Shown here in pieces: positions 1 through 9,530 of a stretch of DNA of 64,000 bases. Location of the stretch: positions 1-64,000 of the IMG/VR virus record IMGVR_UViG_3300045988_176782; one strand, given 5' to 3'. This stretch comes from a virus. Under the pieces are notes generated by a model that ran no database searches, was not told the DNA's origin, and was given only the letters and a program-made list of their open reading frames with translations. A program made the position numbers and the translations under genes. Every line of letters begins with the position of its first letter. The first letter of the stretch is position 1.

Positions 1-189
1 ATGTCTACTTCAGTTGTTACAAGAATTATCAAAGAAAATTATAAACCAAATGAAACTAAAATAAAACAAATCCAATTGATCTATAATGGTTTAACACCGC
101 GAGAACCCGAAAAAAAAGAAAAAATAGACTTTAATATTGCTGTAGAAAATTTATACAACGAGGTTAAAAAAAATGGCGGAATACTTTAA
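1..189 (+). CDS. hypothetical protein (short ORF at window edge, possibly 5'-truncated)
   Basis: Open frame from position 1 to a TAA. No recognisable motifs. Confidence 0.3.
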   Translation: MSTSVVTRIIKENYKPNETKIKQIQLIYNGLTPREPEKKEKIDFNIAVENLYNEVKKNGGIL

Positions 190-478
190 AACAGAAGACG
201 ATAAAATGAAGAATACTTATATTCTGCCAACTTCTACATTATTAGAACAATTACAAATGAATCATAAAAGTTGCATATTAGAATTAATGAGTGGATGTTT
301 CAATTACTCATTAGTAGATTTCTTTAGATATTTAATTAATACATACGATGTAAAAATAAATGTTGAAAATACTTACCCGTATTTTTCCATTTATTTCACT
401 CATCTACAAGATGGTATTGAGTTTTGTAAAGAATTAAATTCCCGTTATCAAAATTATTTAATTAATAAAGACCTCTAA
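173..478 (+). CDS. hypothetical protein
   Basis: 101-aa ORF co-oriented with its neighbours, ending in TAA. No motifs recognised. Confidence 0.35.
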   Translation: MAEYFKTEDDKMKNTYILPTSTLLEQLQMNHKSCILELMSGCFNYSLVDFFRYLINTYDVKINVENTYPYFSIYFTHLQDGIEFCKELNSRYQNYLINKDL

Positions 479-526
479 GAATATCTACCTCTCTTCTCTA
501 CATACAAATTGAGGAGGTGGGGATTA

Positions 527-1036
527 ATGAGCGAAACAGTCGCCGCCGCTGGTAATATTTTTAAAAGAATTTGGGAACATCTCGCTGGACGATATAAAAA
601 ATTGACAGAGACTATTGAAAAATTATCTACTACTATTGATAAGTTAGATTTATCTATTCAAGCTATTGAAGTTAGAATTGCTTCAGTAGATAGCAGATTA
701 GAAACAAATACCGCAAATTTAAATTCGTCTGTTGAAAGTATTAATAAACAATTAGATAGAAACACTTAGACGTTGCAAGATTAGGTTAATAAAATTCAAG
801 CACAAGACACAAGACTTGGTAAAATTGAAGTAGGTCTTCAACTTGAGCTATTCCATAGTCTTCAAAATCTTCACGATAAATATTGTAATCGTTCGCCGTC
901 TGGTTGGGCTACCGCAACAGAGAAGGCCGATGCCCAGCGTTTTTATAACCAAATTCATATTCTTGGACAAGATGGATGGAGTAAAAAATATTGGGATGAT
1001 ATTTATAATCTTCCCAACAGTCGTCCATATAATTAA
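527..1036 (+). CDS. coiled-coil protein of unknown function, read through two in-frame TAG codons
   Basis: GAGGAGG lies about 8 nt upstream of ATG 527. The frame of ORF 509..769 stays open through TAG 767-769 and TAG 782-784 up to TAA 1034-1036. The heptad-like N-terminal half continues smoothly (..QLDRNT-x-TLQD-x-VNKIQAQD..). Confidence 0.5.
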
Positions 1037-1126
1037 TTCTGTGAGCAATAGCAATATTGCTCATATTTTTTTTACTTATGTAAATTTTTATGATATAATA
1101 TTTATATAAAAGAAAGGAGATAAAAT

Positions 1127-1678
1127 ATGATTCAACGAAAACTTGAACCGTATGAAATCTATTGTGATGGCTCTTGCAAAGGAAACGGAGCTAAATTAGC
1201 TTTAGGGGCTTGGGCTTATTGCATATTATTTGATAACTCTCTTATTCGCAAAGATTGCGGTGGAATTCCACAAACTACAAATCAACGAATGGAGCTTACT
1301 GCTGCACTTGAGGCAATTAAAGGCGTTTTAGAATTAACAAAATATTCTAAAGGCAACACCTATAACATTTATAGTGACAGCGCTTATTTAATTAACTGTT
1401 ATTCCCAAGGCTGGTATATTGGTTGGGAACAAAATGGTTGGCGAAATGCGGCAAAACAAGAAGTTAAAAATCAAGATTTATGGATTCAGCTTTTACCATT
1501 TTTTAAGAATAAAGATTTTCATTTCTTTAAAGTAAAGGGACATTCCACAAATCATTATAATAATTTCGTAGATAAGATGGCACAAGACGCCGCAAAACAA
1601 TTTGAAAAGAAAGGACTTTCTTATGGTGGCACACCAATTTGGGAGATTGAGGAATTAAAACAATATGTGCAAAGTTAA
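1127..1678 (+). CDS. rnhA: ribonuclease HI
   Basis: RNase H catalytic pattern: YCDGSC.., TNQRMELTAALEAIK, IYSDSAYLINC, VKGHS..N..D. Confidence 0.8.
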   Translation: MIQRKLEPYEIYCDGSCKGNGAKLALGAWAYCILFDNSLIRKDCGGIPQTTNQRMELTAALEAIKGVLELTKYSKGNTYNIYSDSAYLINCYSQGWYIGWEQNGWRNAAKQEVKNQDLWIQLLPFFKNKDFHFFKVKGHSTNHYNNFVDKMAQDAAKQFEKKGLSYGGTPIWEIEELKQYVQS

Positions 1679-1994
1679 AGATACTTATTTAGAACATTTG
1701 GATTTTTATGAGGTTGATAGGGCAGATGCTGTTTCCTATATTTTTCGTTTAAAGGCGCGGCCTCAAATGAAACTAACTCCACAAGAAAACCTTGAAGTTT
1801 CTATGGATATTGAAACTCGTCAATGGCTTTATGGAGTAGAAACTATTGACCTAATGGGACAAAAAGCAAAAAGATACTTTATTTTTGAGTTTCTTGATGA
1901 TAAACTTCTTGGCCCGCACCGAACAGTAAAGAAAATTGAACTGCCTTATGAGCAATATGAAGAATTTATTAAGCGTAGTTTAGGAGAATATTGA
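1665..1994 (+). CDS. hypothetical protein
   Basis: 109-aa ORF that overlaps both neighbours by a few nt, in operon-style packing. Confidence 0.45.
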   Translation: MCKVKDTYLEHLDFYEVDRADAVSYIFRLKARPQMKLTPQENLEVSMDIETRQWLYGVETIDLMGQKAKRYFIFEFLDDKLLGPHRTVKKIELPYEQYEEFIKRSLGEY

Positions 1995-2554
1995 TGATTA
2001 AAAAAATCTTTTTAATCCATGCACCTGCTCGCAGCGGAAAAAACACTTGTGCGGAAGCAATGATGGATTATTACAAGTCTAAAAATAAGCGTTGCTGTAT
2101 TATTGCTTTTGGAGATGTTGTTAAATTTACTTTAGAAAAATATTATGGCGTTACAGATTATAAGTCTGAATGGGGCCGCAGCAATATTCAACATTATGCA
2201 ACAGAACAATGTCGTGGGAAAATTCCAACCTTATGGGCAGATTGGGTTTGCAATTGGATAAAAGCCACTGAAGATGACTGGGATATTATTATTATTCCTG
2301 ATTTGCGTTTTAAAAATGAGTTAGAAACGACAGAAAAAAATTTTCCTTCTATTGTAAGAACAATTAATATAATTCGTCCCGATATTCAAGAATATTCTGA
2401 TTTAACCGAAGAACAAAAACAGCATCAAAGTGAGTCTGAACTTGATAATTATAAAAAATGGAATTATAATATAATTAATCAATCTGGACAGTTTATGACA
2501 ACTATTCAAGAATTATGTGATTTAATAGATAATGAAAGCGAGGAAAATGAATGA
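1991..2554 (+). CDS. P-loop kinase, dNMP-kinase-like
   Basis: N-terminal Walker A (HAPARSGKNT). Its size and position among nucleotide-metabolism genes fit phage deoxynucleotide monophosphate kinases. The assignment is tentative. Confidence 0.4.
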   Translation: MMIKKIFLIHAPARSGKNTCAEAMMDYYKSKNKRCCIIAFGDVVKFTLEKYYGVTDYKSEWGRSNIQHYATEQCRGKIPTLWADWVCNWIKATEDDWDIIIIPDLRFKNELETTEKNFPSIVRTINIIRPDIQEYSDLTEEQKQHQSESELDNYKKWNYNIINQSGQFMTTIQELCDLIDNESEENE

Positions 2555-3687
2555 GCAAAGCAATTGACCTCACTAAGCATCCAAGTGAATGGGAACCGAT
2601 GAAGTATAATACAATTGCGAGTTCCTACTCTAAGGAAATGCGTCGTCAGAAAATTGACAATCTATTGCTTTCTAACGGTTATTGTTTTTCTGAAAAGAAA
2701 GATGGCGATTTGTGTCGTATTGTCTTTGATGATGGATATGCCGTCGCGCAAAGTCGTACAATAAGTAAAAAGACAGGCACTTATGGCGATTTAACTGGAA
2801 AACTTCTTTTTATGGAAAGTATTCAAAATGCTTTCAAGGATACAACTGTGTTGCTTGGAGAGGTTTATATTCCTGGCGGAACAGCTCAGAGTGTTGGGAC
2901 AATTTTACGATGCTTAGATTCTAAAGCCTTAGCACGTCAAGCAGAAAGTCCTGTTCATTATTATATTTTTGATGTTTTATATTACGAAGGACAAGAACTG
3001 ACTCATACTCCTATTGTAGATAGAATTAAATATCTTCCAGAAATTTGTGAAAAGATTAATAATTCTCTCGTATCTTATGCAAAGTATTACAATGCAGATA
3101 TTAATACTTTTTGGGATAAGTTGGATAAAATTTTTTCTGCTGGTGGAGAAGGCGTCGTTCTTTATAAGAAAACTATGCTTCCTTGCGAAGGTCGCACAAG
3201 TGTTTGGGAAACAGTTAAAGTAAAGCGTGAATTAGAGCTTGAGGCTGATTGTATTATTACTGGTATTGAGCCGCCAAAAGAAGATTACACTGGTAAAGAA
3301 ATTACCACTTGGCAATATTGGGAGAATACAAAAACATTAGATAAAATTCAAGGTGCTTATTATCTTGATTTTTACAATGGCGGTACTTTAAGACCAATTA
3401 CAAAATCATATTATTATAATTGGCCTGGAAGTATTGTTTGTAGTGTATTTAATGAAAATGATAAATTGGTTGAATTATGTAAGTGTTCTAACTTAACCGA
3501 GGAATTAATGTGTGGTTTGAGAGATAATTTTGAAGATTATTATATGAAGCCTTGTAAGGTTGATGCAATGATGTTGAGTCAAGATAAAACAGGGCAATGG
3601 TCATTACGTCATCCGAAACTTCTTGAAATTCGTGATGATATTGACATTAATGATTGTACTTTGAGTAAGATTGTTGGAAAGGAATAA
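2551..3687 (+). CDS. lig: ATP-dependent DNA ligase
   Basis: Adenylation motif I KxDG (SEKKDGD), plus LLGEVY, YYIFDVLY, EGVVLYKK and VKVKRE motifs in ligase order. Confidence 0.8.
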   Translation: MSKAIDLTKHPSEWEPMKYNTIASSYSKEMRRQKIDNLLLSNGYCFSEKKDGDLCRIVFDDGYAVAQSRTISKKTGTYGDLTGKLLFMESIQNAFKDTTVLLGEVYIPGGTAQSVGTILRCLDSKALARQAESPVHYYIFDVLYYEGQELTHTPIVDRIKYLPEICEKINNSLVSYAKYYNADINTFWDKLDKIFSAGGEGVVLYKKTMLPCEGRTSVWETVKVKRELELEADCIITGIEPPKEDYTGKEITTWQYWENTKTLDKIQGAYYLDFYNGGTLRPITKSYYYNWPGSIVCSVFNENDKLVELCKCSNLTEELMCGLRDNFEDYYMKPCKVDAMMLSQDKTGQWSLRHPKLLEIRDDIDINDCTLSKIVGKE

Positions 3688-3690
3688 ATA

Positions 3691-4104
3691 ATGTATAGAA
3701 CCTTTGATGAAGTAAAAAAAGATTATCCCATTGGAAAAATTATGACTAATGGTATAGAACAATATTATAATTGTAAATTAAATTCCGCGAATTTTCAGGA
3801 TTTTATTAAACGTTTTCAAAATAATGATTTTGTTGTTTCAATGAAAAATACAAATGGAATTGTGTCTGTTATTACTCGCTATCCTCATGTAGAATATAAT
3901 ATCATTGATTATGGGTATATCGCTTCAAAGAATATTTGGTTTCCAATTACTGCTTATACTTATGATTTTGAACATTTTTTATATGACGATGAATTGACGT
4001 ATGATGAATTTGATGGATCAGCATATCCCAAGACTTATAATGAAGTTATAGATTCTATTAAAAAATCCAATAAAACAATTCTAAGTAATACTGTTGAGGA
4101 ATAA
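3691..4104 (+). CDS. hypothetical protein
   Basis: 137-aa ORF ending in TAA. Confidence 0.45.
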   Translation: MYRTFDEVKKDYPIGKIMTNGIEQYYNCKLNSANFQDFIKRFQNNDFVVSMKNTNGIVSVITRYPHVEYNIIDYGYIASKNIWFPITAYTYDFEHFLYDDELTYDEFDGSAYPKTYNEVIDSIKKSNKTILSNTVEE

Positions 4105-4239
4105 ATGTCTTTATCTACTAAAATAAAAAATTATCTTCTTGGAATTTTACTTACATTCTTTTCTATTATATACTTAATTGTAATGGCTATTTGGTGTTTA
4201 ATTAGTTGGCCATTTAAAGCAATCTTTAAAAAAAATTAA
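4105..4239 (+). CDS. small hydrophobic (single-pass membrane) protein
   Basis: The ATG directly abuts the upstream TAA. The 44 codons contain a hydrophobic core (LLGILLTFFSIIYLIVMAIWCLI). It is not in the ORF track because it is under 60 aa. Confidence 0.35.
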   Translation: MSLSTKIKNYLLGILLTFFSIIYLIVMAIWCLISWPFKAIFKKN

Positions 4240-4244
4240 ATTCT

Positions 4245-4493
4245 TTCGCAAGAAAAGTAAAACTCGCCGTGAAGTAGACTGCGTTAATGGTCTGGTTAGT
4301 TCTAGCCAAGAGCCTTGAGAGAAGTAGAGCCGTTTATGATTGACATCTTAAATGTCATGAGGACGTCATCCCCTGTTTAATACACAGAGGTAAGAACTTA
4401 TGCGGTTCAGTTAGTATTTGGTGTGGTAAAGTCTGCTATTGTCGGGCAAGTGTAGCAATAGCCTTAGCCTTCTTTTGAAGGAGCGCTTGCGAA
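4245..4493 (+). ncRNA. candidate structured RNA of unknown class in a ~430-nt non-coding gap
   Basis: An 8-bp closing helix pairs TTCGCAAG (4245-4252) with CTTGCGAA (4486-4493). Nested perfect hairpins are 4341-4346/4352-4357, 4435-4441/4456-4462 and 4468-4472/4477-4481. The region is locally GC-richer than its surroundings. The strand is assumed from context. Confidence 0.25.
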
Positions 4494-4529
4494 CGCGGCA
4501 GAATTCTATCTTTTTTTAAGCAAATAAAA

Positions 4530-4558
4530 TTGACAAAAAAGAAATTTTTACTTATAAT
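4530..4558 (+). promoter_or_regulatory. sigma-70/sigma-A consensus promoter
   Basis: TTGACA (4530-4535), 17-nt spacer, TATAAT (4553-4558). Confidence 0.6.
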
Positions 4559-4670
4559 TATAAAAAATAAAAGAATGCTGCTTGTCTGAACACTCCCTGC
4601 TTCGCCGGTCGTGTTCATTCAAGTCAGCGCGCCCGCGGCAAAGCCGCAAGGGCGCAAGGAAACTTAAAAA

Positions 4671-4874
4671 ATGGAAATGCAAAAATATGCTTTGTTGGCG
4701 ATGGAAAGCAAAATGTTGATTGATGAAAATTTATGTTTCATTGAATCACAAATAAACAGTTTAAAAAGTAAAGGTTGTATAGTTGAAGTTTATGTATTTG
4801 ATAATATAATTGACAAACATCTTACACGTATTGACTTGCTTAAGCATAACTATACAATTTTTGAAGTATTTTAA
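4671..4874 (+). CDS. hypothetical protein
   Basis: 67-aa ORF downstream of the promoter and a GC-rich leader hairpin. Confidence 0.4.
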   Translation: MEMQKYALLAMESKMLIDENLCFIESQINSLKSKGCIVEVYVFDNIIDKHLTRIDLLKHNYTIFEVF

Positions 4875-4889
4875 TGGAGGACCTTATAT

Positions 4890-5510
4890 ATGGGTTTGAT
4901 TCCTATTGATTTATCTGAATTAGTTGCCTCTGGTGGAATGAATGCGATACAGTATCAATATTTTAATCAATTAATGAATCATAGAACTATCGTGTTAAAT
5001 GATGAAATTGATGGTTGTTTAATTGAAACTGTTATTTTACCTTTAAAGGACTTTGAAGAAGACGATAGCAATGCTTCAGTGACTCTAATCTTGAACAGTC
5101 CTGGCGGCTCCGTAGGGGATGGTTTATCCCTCGTGAATATTATTGATAACTATAAGAAGCCCCTTAACATTATCGTATATTCTTATGCTTGTAGTATGGG
5201 CACAATTATTCTTTGTGCAGGTAATAAGAACCCTAATGTTAAGAAATATTGTTATCCTTTTACCTTCTTCTTATTTCATTGTGGGCATCTAACATTATCT
5301 GATGATGCAAACAGCGCTCGTGATTATTTAGATTTTTCTGAGCATCAGGATGATACGATTAAGGATTATATTTTCTCTAATACAAATATCACAAAAGATG
5401 AGTGGGATAGTCATAATCGTCGTCAATGGTATTTTGGCGCGAAAGAAGCTAAAGAACTTGGTTTGATTGATAAAATTATTGGAGAAAATACCATTAAAAT
5501 TACAGATTAA
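4890..5510 (+). CDS. ClpP-family (S14) serine protease-like protein
   Basis: LNSPGGSVGDGLSLVNII...YSYACSMGTIILCAG matches the ClpP SPGG...SMG core. An RBS GGAGG lies upstream. Confidence 0.7.
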   Translation: MGLIPIDLSELVASGGMNAIQYQYFNQLMNHRTIVLNDEIDGCLIETVILPLKDFEEDDSNASVTLILNSPGGSVGDGLSLVNIIDNYKKPLNIIVYSYACSMGTIILCAGNKNPNVKKYCYPFTFFLFHCGHLTLSDDANSARDYLDFSEHQDDTIKDYIFSNTNITKDEWDSHNRRQWYFGAKEAKELGLIDKIIGENTIKITD

Positions 5511-5525
5511 GGTGTTGAAATATTA

Positions 5526-6761
5526 ATGAATATTTTAAAAGTATATGACACCTCGGCTTTATTAACTTTGAATGATACTTTACAATTAGATGAAAATTGT
5601 TATATTAGTTTAATTGTTATTGGTGAGTTAGAAAATATTAAAACATCCGCGGCAAAAGACGAAGAAGTAAAACAAGCCGCGAGAAAAGTCGTGAATATTA
5701 TTAAAAATTCTAAATGCTTAACTACAGTTTTTAATAAGAAAGATTATGACTCTTTTATGAAAAAATATAGTTATGCTTTAGAAGAAAAGAATGATACTCG
5801 CATTATTTTTGAAGCAGGTTTATTATCTCAAAAAAATAAAGTTATTTTTCATACTGGCGATTATGCCCAATATTTACTTTTAACAAAAATTTTTCCTCAA
5901 ATTGAGGCACATCTTTTTAGTAAAGAAAGTAAAGAAAGATTTTGGGACGGCTATCAACGAATTGTTCCCACAGAAAAACAGTGGGATGATTTATATAATA
6001 TTGCTTGTCACGACAATATTTTTAATTTAGATATTAATGAATACGGTATTTTAACTGACCCAGATGGTAAAGAGCATATCGTTCGTTGGGATGGAAAAGA
6101 ATATGTTAGATTAGGTTTTGAAACACTTCAATCTAATCTATTCGGGAAAATTAAACCACGTTCTGATGAGCAGCAGGTTTATGCAGATTTATTACAAAAT
6201 CCTGCTATTCCAATCATTTCTTGTTTTGGCCGACGAGGTAGTGGTAAAACTTTCCTTGCTATTGCTACAGGTTTAACTCTAACTGAAAAAGGCCAATATA
6301 ATAAGGTATTGTATCTTCGTAATAATTGGTCTTTGAAAGGTTCTCAAGAAATTGGTTATTTACCTGGGACCGCAGAAGAGAAAATCTATCCATATTGCGG
6401 CCCAGTTATTGATGTAGTTGGCGGCCCAGAAATTTTTGATGAACTAATGGAGCGCGGAGTATTAGATTTCTTCCCTTTGAACTTTATTCGTGGTCGTAGT
6501 CTTAACAATGTTTTCTGTGTATGCGATGAAGCGCAAAATTTAACTCGCGAGATGCTTGCTGCAATTGTTTCACGTATTGGAGAAAATAGTAAATTAGTTC
6601 TTTGTTCAGATTATAAACAAATTGATAATAAATTATTTGAACGTTCTAATGGCGTTTTACGAATGAATAAGGTTTATCGCGGCAATCCATTGTATGGACA
6701 AGTGCGTTTGGAGCAAGTAGAGCGTTCTAAAGTTTGCGAATTAGCAGAGCTATTAGATTAA
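5526..6761 (+). CDS. phoH: PhoH-family ATPase with N-terminal PIN domain
   Basis: PIN-like N-terminus (VYDTSALL..), Walker A GRRGSGKTFLA, Walker B CDEAQNLT. Confidence 0.85.
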   Translation: MNILKVYDTSALLTLNDTLQLDENCYISLIVIGELENIKTSAAKDEEVKQAARKVVNIIKNSKCLTTVFNKKDYDSFMKKYSYALEEKNDTRIIFEAGLLSQKNKVIFHTGDYAQYLLLTKIFPQIEAHLFSKESKERFWDGYQRIVPTEKQWDDLYNIACHDNIFNLDINEYGILTDPDGKEHIVRWDGKEYVRLGFETLQSNLFGKIKPRSDEQQVYADLLQNPAIPIISCFGRRGSGKTFLAIATGLTLTEKGQYNKVLYLRNNWSLKGSQEIGYLPGTAEEKIYPYCGPVIDVVGGPEIFDELMERGVLDFFPLNFIRGRSLNNVFCVCDEAQNLTREMLAAIVSRIGENSKLVLCSDYKQIDNKLFERSNGVLRMNKVYRGNPLYGQVRLEQVERSKVCELAELLD

Positions 6762-6765
6762 ATTT

Positions 6766-6796
6766 AAGCGGTCGTAAATGACCGCTTATTTTTTTT
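6766..6796 (+). terminator. intrinsic terminator
   Basis: AAGCGGTC-GTAAAT-GACCGCTT hairpin followed by a T-run. Confidence 0.7.
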
Positions 6797-6822
6797 ACAA
6801 AAAAGAAAAATTATAGTATAAT
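6794..6822 (+). promoter_or_regulatory. sigma-70-like promoter
   Basis: TTTACA, 17-nt spacer, TATAAT (6817-6822). Confidence 0.5.
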
Positions 6823-6847
6823 ATAGAAAAAGAAAGGGAATAAGAAA

Positions 6848-7336
6848 ATGAAAGATGATGTCGTAATTTTAAACGAACTTAAAACTAAGCAACCTAATTT
6901 ATTTAAATATCTTAAATATCGTAAGTATATCATGGATTTCCCTTGCGCTTATAATGAATGTAAAGATTGTCCTCTTGATAAATGGTGTAATTATCATATG
7001 CGTTTTCAAGGGCCATTTGACTGGTTAAATTGTTTTTGGTATGATATTATCACACGGCCTCTTGGGAATTGGTTTAGTAAAACGATTTTAAAGAATAAGA
7101 TTTACATTTGTTCTGTTTGCGGCCTTATGGAAAAACCATTAGATGGCTCAATTTGCGATGAATATGGTTGGAAAAAAGAAAATGGTAAATATATTTGCCA
7201 TCACTGTGCTTATCATCAAAATGATAATTGCGATATTTCTACTCAAGGTGAAGTTCTTCGTATAAGTCATGAAGCATATCAACGCCATTGGCAACATTTT
7301 GTAGAAGAAAATAATAAAAAGTATGAAAGGAAGTAG
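6848..7336 (+). CDS. cysteine-rich (zinc-binding?) protein
   Basis: Multiple CxxC pairs. The ORF ends at TAG 7334-7336. If TAG is sense, it extends 5 codons to TGA 7349-7351. Confidence 0.45.
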   Translation: MKDDVVILNELKTKQPNLFKYLKYRKYIMDFPCAYNECKDCPLDKWCNYHMRFQGPFDWLNCFWYDIITRPLGNWFSKTILKNKIYICSVCGLMEKPLDGSICDEYGWKKENGKYICHHCAYHQNDNCDISTQGEVLRISHEAYQRHWQHFVEENNKKYERK

Positions 7337-7340
7337 AATA

Positions 7341-7649
7341 ATGGGACTTGATATGTATTTAATTCGGCGTAACAAAGCTAAAGATTTAGAAGTAGAAATT
7401 TACTATTGGAGAAAATTTTGGGACTTATATGAATATATTTGGAAGGAATTTGACCCAAAAGAAACAGATATTAATGGACAAGAAGTTCATGTAGATAAAG
7501 AGCTGTTTGAAAAAATCTTTAAATTCTGTTGCTATCACTCTGATTACTTTGATACATTTAATAGTCTTCCAAAATTAGCAGAAGAATTACATTACTTTGA
7601 TGAGCGAACAGAAGAAGGTTGGACATATTATTTTATGGGAGATTATTGA
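7341..7649 (+). CDS. hypothetical protein
   Basis: ATG 7341 is preceded by GAAAGGAAG. This is the ORF-track frame 7323..7649. Confidence 0.4.
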   Translation: MGLDMYLIRRNKAKDLEVEIYYWRKFWDLYEYIWKEFDPKETDINGQEVHVDKELFEKIFKFCCYHSDYFDTFNSLPKLAEELHYFDERTEEGWTYYFMGDY

Positions 7650-7786
7650 ATAAAAACATAAGAAACCATTAATGCAAATGGTATAATAATTTTTGATGAT
7701 TGGGGATAATTTTATAATTTATATAAAACTCCAAAAGAAAGGTTATTATTTTCTATTACTTATATAATGTGCCACCAAAATAAAAT

Positions 7787-7815
7787 TTGACACTTATAAA
7801 AATTCTTAGTATAAT
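7787..7815 (+). promoter_or_regulatory. sigma-70 consensus promoter
   Basis: TTGACA (7787-7792), 17-nt spacer, TATAAT (7810-7815). Confidence 0.6.
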
Positions 7816-7837
7816 ATATTGAAAGAAAGAAAGGAGA

Positions 7838-9530
7838 GTGAAAACTGAGTTGGCTTATGATATTAATTCAATTCAAAGTCTAACTTTCCGCGAAGGTGTG
7901 CGTCAAAGAATTTCTATGTATTTAGGAACAGATGATATTGAAGGCGCATATCAAGCAATTAAGGAAATATTAAATAATAGCACGGATGAAGCACTTGCGG
8001 GATATGGCAAACAAATTGACATCACTTTAAATTACGATGATAATAGTATCGCAATCCGAGACTTTGGAAGGGGTGTCCCATTTGGTATTAAATCCGATGG
8101 AGAAAATGTTTTAGTTTCGGTCTATACAAAATCTCATACTGGTGGTAAGTTTGATAAAAATAGTTATAAGAACTCATCAGGATTAAACGGTATTGGCGGT
8201 AGTTGCGTATGCTTAAGTTCTAAGTTTTTTAAAGTGATTAGTGTGCGTGATGGTGTCGCGGCAGAAGCTTCATTTATAGAAGGTAATTTACAAAATTATA
8301 AGGAAAGCAAAACTAAAGATAAGAATGGAACTTATGTTGAGTTTATTCCAGATGAAAAAGTTTTTTCAAACGGTGAAATTCAATATGATTATGACAGAAT
8401 TTGTCGTGATGTAAAAGATATTTCCTATCTTTATAGTGGCATCACTTTTAATGTAGATTGTTGTTATGAAGGAGAAAAAATTCATAATACTTATTGTGCA
8501 AAAAATGGTATTCTTGATTTCGTTAAAGAAAACAATGAAAATCCTCTTCATAAAACAATCTTAACTGCGCACGTAGAAGATGAAAATGATCAACTTGATA
8601 TTGCTTTTCAATGGGGAAAAAATAAAGAACAAGGTTATGTTTTCGTAAATGGATTACGAGTGCCAGAAGGCGGCTCACCAATTACTGGTGCAAAAGCGGC
8701 AATTACAAAAACTTTTAATAATTTAGCTAATGCTAAATTTGATGGCGATAGAATTAGAGATGGTTTGTTTTATGTAATAAATTGCAAAGTAACTAATCCT
8801 TCTTTCGCAAATCAAACTAAAAGTAAAATTAATAATCCAAATCTACGGACGCTTGCATCAAATGCTTTTACAGAAGCTTTAAAGAAAATGTCTACAGATT
8901 TTCCAAATGAATTTAAATCAATTGTAGACTTAATGAGTAAAATTGCAAAAGCAGACGCTGCGGCTGAAAAAGCGCGAGAAGCAATTCTAAATCACGAGAA
9001 AAAAGAAGCCACCTCTCGTCGTAAGAAAGTCTTAATGCCAGAAAAGTTTAAAGACTGTGAAAAGCACGGTGAAAATAGCACTTTAATCATTACAGAAGGC
9101 AATTCTGCTCTTGCTGGTTTGAATCCTGCTCGTAATGTAGAAACCGATGCCCTCTATGCTGTGCGAGGAAAAATTAAAAATCTTTTAAAGCATCCTGTTG
9201 AAGAATGTTTGGAAAATCAAGAAGTTAGTGACATTATTACTCTTCTTGGCTGTGGCATCATGGACAAATACAATAGTAAGAAGTTAAATTATGGCAAGGT
9301 TGCCATCGCTTCCGATGGAGACATAGACGGACTTAACATTATGTGTCTTGTTGCGACTTTGTTTATGGTTTTAATTCCAGATTTTGTCAAAGAAGGCCGT
9401 TTATGTTGGCTTCGCGCTCCACTTTATCGCATTAACAATTGTGGAACAAAGTATTACGCATATAATGATAATGAATTGCAAGAGTTTAAAATGAAATTTC
9501 CAAAAGCAGAAATTGGAAGATATAAAGGGT
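7838..9530 (+). CDS. type II DNA topoisomerase ATPase subunit (GyrB/ParE/T4 gp39-like), exon 1
   Basis: GHKL ATPase and Toprim motifs (EILNNSTDEA, GLNGIG, EGNSA, DGDIDG). The ORF breaks inside the conserved ..RYKG|LGEM.. motif. Confidence 0.85.

Noticed and set aside
843-1109. Track ORFs 843..1109(+) and 848..1054(-) as genes
   Set aside because: They overlap the TAG-read-through frame 527..1036, which has an RBS and protein-like composition. The two ORFs are hydrophobic, low-complexity readings of AT-rich sequence.
4290-4315. Possible suppressor tRNA anticodon loop (TTCTAGC, anticodon CTA) in the 4.3-kb non-coding region
   Set aside because: The flanking 5-nt arms (GTTAG/CAAGA) form only 2-3 pairs. 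No T-loop (GTTCRANYC) or acceptor stem could be drawn, so I did not call a tRNA.
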